Positions 37,425-44,142 of a DNA stretch of 44,142 bases are shown piece by piece. Under the pieces are notes generated by a model that was not told the origin of the DNA, did not search any database, and saw only the letters and a program-made list of their open reading frames with translations. Both the position numbers and the translations under genes were made by a program. Location of the stretch: positions 1 to 44,142 of IMG/VR virus record IMGVR_UViG_3300020382_000148, one strand, 5' to 3'. The DNA comes from a virus (taxonomy: Duplodnaviria > Caudoviricetes). Numbering within the stretch: the first letter of the stretch is position 1; each line of letters begins with the position of its first letter.

Positions 37425-38081
37425 ATGCCTAGATTAAACACATCACAAACAAGTGACCTAGAAATACTAGGCAGATTATACTCAGACAATGTAAGGTCAT
37501 ATCACGCAATACATTTGTCCCTAAGAGCTTTGGGTAAAGCAGGTAGCTCTGTTGCATCAGAAGGTGTCGAAGTATACATGACAGACTGTTACAAAGACTT
37601 GACACTGACTATCGACGGATCAACTAACGTTTATCAAGCAACAGGAAACTTGCTATCATTTGACACCATAAAGGAGTCAACAGACTTACAAATTTCTAGC
37701 ATAAGTGTAACTTTGTCAGGAGTTGATCGCACATTCACTGCTGCACTTCTTCAATACGAGTACCTCGACCAACCAATGAAAGTCTATCGAGTATTCTTAG
37801 ATGACAACGAAGTGGTACAACACGTACCTTTGTTGACATTCTCTGGGAATATCGACACTCCAGTGATAACAGATGATCCTACCTCAGGTTCTTCTACTAT
37901 ATCTTTGTCTGCTGCTTCTACTTTCATAGACTTTGAAAGAAGGAATGGCCGCAAGACTAACCAGAGTGAGCAGGATTTGTATAGATCCATTAACGGTCTT
38001 TCAGCTGCAGATACTGGATTTGAGTTTAACTCTGATAGCAATACAGAAATATGGTGGGGGAGAACTACAGATGATAGCTAA
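37425..38081 (+). CDS. minor tail protein (gpL/DUF2163-like)
   Basis: Y...G.LL....I.E...L......VTLSG, FSG.ID, D.GFEF......I.WG. Confidence 0.8.
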   Translation: MPRLNTSQTSDLEILGRLYSDNVRSYHAIHLSLRALGKAGSSVASEGVEVYMTDCYKDLTLTIDGSTNVYQATGNLLSFDTIKESTDLQISSISVTLSGVDRTFTAALLQYEYLDQPMKVYRVFLDDNEVVQHVPLLTFSGNIDTPVITDDPTSGSSTISLSAASTFIDFERRNGRKTNQSEQDLYRSINGLSAADTGFEFNSDSNTEIWWGRTTDDS

Positions 38082-38481
38082 CCTAGACATACACGACTAC
38101 ACAGATCGGTTTAAAGACACGGAATTCCAGTGGAACAAGTTTGATTGTACTACATTCGCATTTGGATGGTTTGACGAGAAGTATGGAACTAAGTTTGTAG
38201 AAGACATGATCGAAGGTCGCTACAACTGTGAGAAGACTGCTAGAGAGTTCGCAGAGATGTCAGGGCCAGAGTGGGTTTACCTTGAAGCAGACATCCCTAC
38301 AACAACTGTTTTAGAAGGCTTCCAGAACAAAGGCGACGTACTCTGCTACTCTTATGAATGTTGGAATCCAATAGCATTGGTGTTAAGTCCTAACAGGATT
38401 GCAGTAGTAAGTACCACAGGATTACATATCGTAAAGCCTGACCAAATAATCGGTAAACATAAATACTTAAGAATCGGATAG
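38071..38481 (+). CDS. NlpC/P60-like tail protein (gpK/DUF6950-like)
   Basis: FQWNKFDCTTFA and GDV motifs; no obvious catalytic His; start moved to ATG 38071. Confidence 0.7.
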   Translation: MIANLDIHDYTDRFKDTEFQWNKFDCTTFAFGWFDEKYGTKFVEDMIEGRYNCEKTAREFAEMSGPEWVYLEADIPTTTVLEGFQNKGDVLCYSYECWNPIALVLSPNRIAVVSTTGLHIVKPDQIIGKHKYLRIG

Positions 38482-38490
38482 GAGGGTAGT

Positions 38491-41292
38491 ATGCCAGTAG
38501 CAATAGCAACAGCAATAGTAGGTGCGTCAACGGGCATAATGTTCACTATCGTGTCTACAATTGTGTCAGTAGGATTATCTTACTTAGCTCAAACTCTTTT
38601 TACTCCTGGAGGCAATCAGTCTAATGTAGAACCAGAAGACCAAGGAGTACTAACAAACAAAGTCAGTAACAACGCACCCATTCCAGTGGTATACGGATTC
38701 CGAAAAGTAGGCGGATCTAAGGTATACCAAGCATGTAATAACGACAACAAGAATTTCTGGATGTGTATTGTATTAGGTGAAGGAGAAGTTGAAGGTATAC
38801 AAAAAGTGTACATAGACGATGACGAATTAGTCCTCAGTTCATTGAATGCTAATACTCACATAACAACGACAAGCAGCAAAGACGCTGTAAGTGTGGACAC
38901 TCTGCAAACATCAGTTGTATACCGCATAACCTCAATCAAACAACCAGACTGGCGAGCACTCGGTGGAGTATTAGCTCAGGAAGTTGGGGACTTATTTACT
39001 TCCACAGTTACAACTAACGTTGCAGACTTAGCAACTTACGGAACTGTTGGAGAAGTCAAGTCAAGATATACTGGACATTGTGAGTTCTACTACAAAACAG
39101 GAACTACTACACAATCTGCTATAACTAAAGCTAACTTTAACAACGACGCAACATTCCCTCTTAACTGGGATGTAGATAAAAGACTATTAGGATTGTGCTA
39201 CATAATGTGTAAGTTTACTTACGACAGAGATGTTTTCCGTGGCATACCTAATGTAGTTGTCGACCTAAAAGGGGTGAAGGTTCCAGACGTATTAGGAACT
39301 ATAACTAACAAGAAGTGGGATAGAAATCCTTCAGCTATACTGTACGACTACTTAACAAATACTACATACGGACGAGGTCTTTCTGCTGCACAGATGGATA
39401 TTGCTTCTTTTCGAGCAGCCTACAACCATTGTAATACTACATTAGAAATATACGACACGTTCGCTGAAAACTTTATCAACAATGGAACAAAGTATCGCAT
39501 ACTTACTGTAGCATCTGCAAACTGGTCTTCAGTCGGTGGACCCACAGATGCAAAAGTTGGAGATATCTTTACAGGAACAGTGCAGAAGACTGTTGCTCAA
39601 TCTGCTGTCTTTGGTACCGTAATAGGTCTAAGCACTGGAGCACCACCACCAAAATCCTTAGAAGCAATTCTTGGAGGGTCTGAACAGAAATTGTTTAGAT
39701 TAGATGGAGTTCTAAACGTAGATGAAAACACTTTCGATAATACGAAAAAGATACTATCATCTTGTAGAGGATTCTTAATATTCTCTGCAGGAAAGTACAA
39801 GTTGGTTATCGATAAGTTCGAGAACGCTTATAGCAGGTTTACTGTAAAGGGTATTGCTCAGAATCCTTCTATACTTCCTTTTCTTTTTGATGAAAGTAAT
39901 ACGATAGGAGCTATCGACATAACTCTAGGAGATAAGTCAAATACTTACAATAGGGCTAGATATAGCTTTTTCAATCCTCAGAAAAACTGGATGTACGACA
40001 CTGTATTTTTCGATGATCCAAATATGCGGAATGACGCTGACAGAGGCGTAGTCTTAGAACAAAGTGTTCGTATGGACTTCGTAGCTAGCAGATATTGTGC
40101 ACAAGAGATAGTAAGGCAAAACCTGAGACAGTCTCGACAACAAATAGTTGTAGGATTCCAGACTAATATATCTGCATTAGCTAACGATGTTGGCGATATT
40201 GTAGATATCACTAACGAGAATGCTGGATGGTATCAAAAACAATTTAGACTTCTCAGACTGGAGCTACAAGAAGACGGCAATGTAAAAGTCGTAATGGTAG
40301 AATATAACTCTGGAGTCTATGATGTAGACGCAACAGGTCTTATCTTTGAGAATGATTCACCAGATACGGATCTTCCTAATCCATTCGCTACTACAGAAGT
40401 TCCAAATGCTCCTACAGTAGCAAATGCTAATCTGGCAGGAAAGAATGCGATAGGTATAGTTATCCCCGTAGGGCGTGTAAAAGTCTCTTGGGGGAAAGCA
40501 GTAGACCCTTTCATAGACTACTACGAGTTACAGTACGCTGTTCTGGATCAAGCTGCAAGTGCAGTTAACTCCATCGTAATAGGGAATGTCTATAAGATCG
40601 CAGCGGCATCAGCCAGCAATTGGAGTGCAAGCTCTGTAGGTGGCCCAGCTTCAGCAGTGGTCGGGGATACATTCAAAGCTGCTAGTACAGTATCTGTATC
40701 TTCTTTAGGAACAGTAACATTGATGACAGCAGACTCTGCTGGTTTCTCTACTGTCAGGATACCAACTACACAAATTGACTCTAGTAATAATCTAGTAGAA
40801 TTTGTAGAGAATCTTTCTCCTACTACAGGTTACGCTTTTAGAACGAGGTTTGTTAGGACTAACTCTGTATATTCTGGGTATTCCCTTGTAACACAATTCG
40901 TTACTGCTGGTGTTTCTCAGTCAGTCGGTGCTTCATATATAAATGTTATAGAAGCAACTGCAGGAAACTCTGAGATGCTAAATAACGCAGGCACAGTTAC
41001 ATATACTTCATTCTTGCTTAAGGGAGGCGTCAAGTTGCCTCACTACGGTCAATCAGGAACTGAGGTTAACAGCTACGCTTGGTACTACACTCCTGCTGGA
41101 GGATCTCGAGCACAGATCACTAACTCTAACAAAGCAGCAGTGACAGGTTCGACTGCAAACAACAGTTTGGGCGGTGGAGGTACTGCTTACGATGCAGTAA
41201 CTTTAACAGTAGAAGCTGACGGCACAGCACTCGGAGCAACAACTAGCGGTAGTGCTACTTTCACTTGTGAAATAAACTACACTCCAACTTAA
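38491..41292 (+). CDS. tail tip attachment / central fibre protein (gpJ-like)
   Basis: PIPVVYG..KVGG, LGEGE, NPS..LYDYLTN..YGRGL, GKY.L.I, VGDIV.IT, FN3-like C-terminal region. Confidence 0.92.
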   Translation: MPVAIATAIVGASTGIMFTIVSTIVSVGLSYLAQTLFTPGGNQSNVEPEDQGVLTNKVSNNAPIPVVYGFRKVGGSKVYQACNNDNKNFWMCIVLGEGEVEGIQKVYIDDDELVLSSLNANTHITTTSSKDAVSVDTLQTSVVYRITSIKQPDWRALGGVLAQEVGDLFTSTVTTNVADLATYGTVGEVKSRYTGHCEFYYKTGTTTQSAITKANFNNDATFPLNWDVDKRLLGLCYIMCKFTYDRDVFRGIPNVVVDLKGVKVPDVLGTITNKKWDRNPSAILYDYLTNTTYGRGLSAAQMDIASFRAAYNHCNTTLEIYDTFAENFINNGTKYRILTVASANWSSVGGPTDAKVGDIFTGTVQKTVAQSAVFGTVIGLSTGAPPPKSLEAILGGSEQKLFRLDGVLNVDENTFDNTKKILSSCRGFLIFSAGKYKLVIDKFENAYSRFTVKGIAQNPSILPFLFDESNTIGAIDITLGDKSNTYNRARYSFFNPQKNWMYDTVFFDDPNMRNDADRGVVLEQSVRMDFVASRYCAQEIVRQNLRQSRQQIVVGFQTNISALANDVGDIVDITNENAGWYQKQFRLLRLELQEDGNVKVVMVEYNSGVYDVDATGLIFENDSPDTDLPNPFATTEVPNAPTVANANLAGKNAIGIVIPVGRVKVSWGKAVDPFIDYYELQYAVLDQAASAVNSIVIGNVYKIAAASASNWSASSVGGPASAVVGDTFKAASTVSVSSLGTVTLMTADSAGFSTVRIPTTQIDSSNNLVEFVENLSPTTGYAFRTRFVRTNSVYSGYSLVTQFVTAGVSQSVGASYINVIEATAGNSEMLNNAGTVTYTSFLLKGGVKLPHYGQSGTEVNSYAWYYTPAGGSRAQITNSNKAAVTGSTANNSLGGGGTAYDAVTLTVEADGTALGATTSGSATFTCEINYTPT

Positions 41293-41305
41293 AAGTGCAA
41301 CATCT

Positions 41306-41345
41306 AAGCTCCTTCAGTACGAGGGAGCTTCAGTGTATACTTTTA
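41306..41345 (+). terminator. stem-loop after gpJ-like gene
   Basis: AAGCTCCTTC/GAGGGAGCTT stem, extendable by AAAAGT/ACTTTT. Confidence 0.55.
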
Positions 41346-41391
41346 AACAACTTAACCATACAATAAATTACACTTAAAGAGGGAATTACTT

Positions 41392-43155
41392 ATGGCTATA
41401 GCAATAGGTTATGCAACTGCACACGATATGCACGATGGCAGTAACGGATTAAACGGAAATGTCGGTGCTGCTGGTGCTGCTGGTTCTTCTACATACTTCC
41501 ATATCGCTTACGGAACTTCTTCTTCTGGAGCTAACTTTAGTCAATCTCCTAGTGGGAAAACTTATATAGGAACTTACGTAGATTCTACATCAGCTGATAG
41601 CAACACTCCTTCAGACTACGCATGGGTTTTATTCGTAGGAGCAGATGGAGAAGATGGAGATCAGGGTATAGCTGGAAATAACGGGTCGAATGGCCAAACG
41701 AGTTACTTCCACATAGCTTACGCAGACACTTCTTCAGGTGGAGGATTTAGTCAATCACCCAGCAATAAAAACTTCATAGGGACATACGTAGACAATACGT
41801 CTGCAGACTCTAGCACTGCTTCAGACTACACATGGACTCGCTATGTAGGAGCTGACGGAACTAATGGTAACAATGGTACTAATGGCAACAATGGTACCAA
41901 TGGTACTAATGGTAAAAAGGTAGCAAGTGGTTTAGTTTACTATCAAGTAGCTGCAGGTTCTGCACCTTCAACACCATCTGCTTCCTCGTACCAATTCTCT
42001 AATAATACTTTAGGAGGACTCACCAGCAACTGGAGTACAACGCCTCCTGAAGTAGATGTAGGAAACAGTAATAAATACTGGACATCTCGATACCAATCGA
42101 CTGAGTCGTCGGCTGGTTCTAACACAGGTTCTGTGTCTTTCACTTCACCAACTGCATTGTTCACATTTGATGGTGTGGTATCGTTTACGAACTCTAACAC
42201 TATTTCTGATGGATCTAACTCGTTAACTCCATTGTCAGCAGGTAGTGCAGCAGCTGACGTAAATGCCAACTCAACGACAATAAACGGTGGAAAAATAACC
42301 GCAAATTCCGTTCTTGCTAACATTGCGCTACAGGTAGGATCTGGTAATACACCAAGTTCTAAGGCTTTTGAGGTCAATGCAGCTGGTGTGGTTTGGACAG
42401 ATGGAATCATTGGTGGTATTTTTTCTGCTAACAATTTAAACGTGAGTACCGCTGCGGCAGTGACAGGCACAACTCGGCAAGCCCATCCTGGTGTATTTGG
42501 TCAAGTACCCTCAAATTATGCGTCAACTAGTGCTCATGGCATTAGAGGGACAAATTATTACACAGTGGGTAGCAGGGTACAAACGTCTGGCCTAATTGGT
42601 GCGGCAAATGGTTATGATTTTTATGCCGAAGGTGCTGGCTCAAACTATGGCCCTTTCACTGGCGCACATGATTGTTTAGTTGCAAACGATGAAACAGTTT
42701 CAATGGGTGATTTAGTAGTTGATGTGTCTTGTATCGCTAGGCGTGGTTTATCTAACACGATATTTTCCGTTGAGGCTTCTAGCTCTGCAAACCAAGTAGC
42801 AGTGTTGGGCGTGATCGTAGCAAATAACGGTGCTTTATCAGACCGAAAACCAGCCGCTTTTATTGAAGAAATGACAGAGGATGGAATTGTTATGTCCTCA
42901 GATTATGAATCCGCTAAAAACAACTATAAAATCATGGCAGTCAATGCGCTTGGAGAAGGACAAATAAACCTCACTGGCGAGGGTGGAAATCTATTGGCTG
43001 GAGATTTAGTTGTTACGAGTTCAACAGCAGGAAAAGGCATGAAACAATCAGACAATATTGTTCGATCACACACAGTAGCACGTGTTCGGGAATCAGTTTC
43101 TTTTACTTCAACTGACGAAGAAAAAATAGCAGCTTGCATATATTTGTGTGGCTAA
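41392..43155 (+). CDS. tail fibre / receptor-binding protein with collagen-like repeats and probable C-terminal autoproteolytic chaperone domain
   Basis: G-x-x repeats, two YFHIAY...FIGTYVD..S.DS...DY.W repeats, C-terminal FTGAHD...NALGEG...GDL..TS...GKGMKQ. Confidence 0.85.
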   Translation: MAIAIGYATAHDMHDGSNGLNGNVGAAGAAGSSTYFHIAYGTSSSGANFSQSPSGKTYIGTYVDSTSADSNTPSDYAWVLFVGADGEDGDQGIAGNNGSNGQTSYFHIAYADTSSGGGFSQSPSNKNFIGTYVDNTSADSSTASDYTWTRYVGADGTNGNNGTNGNNGTNGTNGKKVASGLVYYQVAAGSAPSTPSASSYQFSNNTLGGLTSNWSTTPPEVDVGNSNKYWTSRYQSTESSAGSNTGSVSFTSPTALFTFDGVVSFTNSNTISDGSNSLTPLSAGSAAADVNANSTTINGGKITANSVLANIALQVGSGNTPSSKAFEVNAAGVVWTDGIIGGIFSANNLNVSTAAAVTGTTRQAHPGVFGQVPSNYASTSAHGIRGTNYYTVGSRVQTSGLIGAANGYDFYAEGAGSNYGPFTGAHDCLVANDETVSMGDLVVDVSCIARRGLSNTIFSVEASSSANQVAVLGVIVANNGALSDRKPAAFIEEMTEDGIVMSSDYESAKNNYKIMAVNALGEGQINLTGEGGNLLAGDLVVTSSTAGKGMKQSDNIVRSHTVARVRESVSFTSTDEEKIAACIYLCG

Positions 43156-43205
43156 GACTACTACTAACGAATTAACATAAACCTCTATATAAGGGTAATC
43201 AAAAT

Positions 43206-44142
43206 ATGGCTAATACAATCAAAATCAAACGCAGTTCAGTTGCAAACAGAGTTCCGCAAACAGCAGACTTAGTAGAAGCTGAATTAGCAATTAACACAAC
43301 AGACGAAAAAGTCTATACAAAGAATAATGCTGGAGCTATCGTTGAATTAAAAGGCAACTCTACAGACAAGCTACCCCTATCTGGTGGTGCACTAACAGGT
43401 GCTTTGACCACAAACTCAACAGTAGATGGGCGTGATGTAGCAACAGACGGAACTAAACTCGACGGCATTGAAGCTTCTGCTACTGCAGACCAAACTGGTT
43501 CTCAGATTAAAACTGCTTACCAAGCTGAAACAAATGCTTTTACAGATGCCCAATTCTCTAAGCTGGCTGCTATTGAAGCTAGTGCTACTGCAGACCAAAC
43601 TGGTTCTCAGATTAAAACTGCTTATCAAGCTGAAAGTAATGCTTTCACCGATGCTCAGTTTACTAAGCTAGCTGGTATAGAAGCTTCAGCAAACGTTACA
43701 GACACGGCTAACGTAGTAGCAGCATTGAGTGCTGGCACAGGCGTATCTATCTCAGGTTCTGGCACTATCGCTGTAACTGCTGTAGCTTTGACTACTGTAC
43801 AAACTGCTAATAGCCAATCTGCACAACTGGCTTTAACTGCTCAAGAAGGTGATGTAGTTGTACGTTCAGACGAGAACAAATCTTATGTACACAATGGTGG
43901 AAGTGCTGGCTCAATGGGCGACTACACTCTATTAGCAACACCTACTGATGCTGTACTAAGTGTAGCTGGTAACACTGGAGCTGTCTCTGCTGCTCAGATT
44001 AAAGCTGCTTATCAAGGCGAAACGAATGCTTTCACCGATGCTCAGTTTAGCAAATTAGCTGCAATCGAAGCTAGTGCTACTGCAGATCAAACTGGTTCTC
44101 AGATTAAAACTGCTTACCAATCTGAAACAAATGCTTTCACAG
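43206..44142 (+). CDS. tail fibre protein, truncated at window end
   Basis: Open frame from ATG 43206: MANTIKIKRSSVANRVP...ELAINTTDEKVY, LPLSGG.LTG, VDGRDVA.DG.KLDGIE, then 35-aa repeats; no stop before the end. Confidence 0.88.
   Translation, partial: MANTIKIKRSSVANRVPQTADLVEAELAINTTDEKVYTKNNAGAIVELKGNSTDKLPLSGGALTGALTTNSTVDGRDVATDGTKLDGIEASATADQTGSQIKTAYQAETNAFTDAQFSKLAAIEASATADQTGSQIKTAYQAESNAFTDAQFTKLAGIEASANVTDTANVVAALSAGTGVSISGSGTIAVTAVALTTVQTANSQSAQLALTAQEGDVVVRSDENKSYVHNGGSAGSMGDYTLLATPTDAVLSVAGNTGAVSAAQIKAAYQGETNAFTDAQFSKLAAIEASATADQTGSQIKTAYQSETNAFT
43467..43690 (+). repeat. 105-bp (35-aa) tandem coding repeat
   Basis: Units start at 43467 and 43572; further copies near 43995-44142 and in the 34657-35481 gene. 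Confidence 0.9.

Noticed and set aside
170-43628. Numerous minus-strand ORFs in the track
   Set aside because: Nearly all are antisense shadows of well-supported + strand genes or lie in the low-complexity region; no motifs or convincing RBS
43206-44142. Diversity-generating retroelement (Mtd-like N-terminus plus repeats)
   Set aside because: No reverse transcriptase in the window; repeats are coding and differences do not look adenine-specific
1-44142. Stop-codon reassignment, integrase/prophage boundary or host genes
   Set aside because: Genes are intact in the standard code with all three stops used; no integrase, att site or bacterial housekeeping gene seen

Overview
A 44-kb segment of a long-tailed (siphovirus-type) dsDNA bacteriophage with essentially all real genes on the + strand. 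Positions 1-11.5 kb hold small accessory genes, including a probable thymidine-hypermodification set (class-II glutamine amidotransferase, GNAT acetyltransferase, aGPT-PPlase/amino-acid:DNA transferase, P-loop kinase), an HNH nuclease, a permuted NlpC/P60 enzyme, a secreted ClpP-like protein and TerS. A ~0.9-kb non-coding region with an abrupt C-rich to G-rich switch follows. Next comes the virion module: TerL, portal, scaffold, major capsid, head-tail joining genes, tail tube, chaperones, tape measure, holin-like genes, Dit/L/K/J-like tail tip and two fibres, the last truncated by the window end. The standout feature is the 1681-aa ORF at 16879-21924: an N-terminal MuF (SPP1 gp7-like) minor head domain fused to an apparently intact T7-family single-subunit RNA polymerase, suggesting a virion-packaged, injected RNAP. 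Candidate cis-elements include a T7-like promoter (1115-1133) and tandem GAA/GAG-triloop hairpins (12759-12818). All calls come from motif recognition by eye; no database searches were run.
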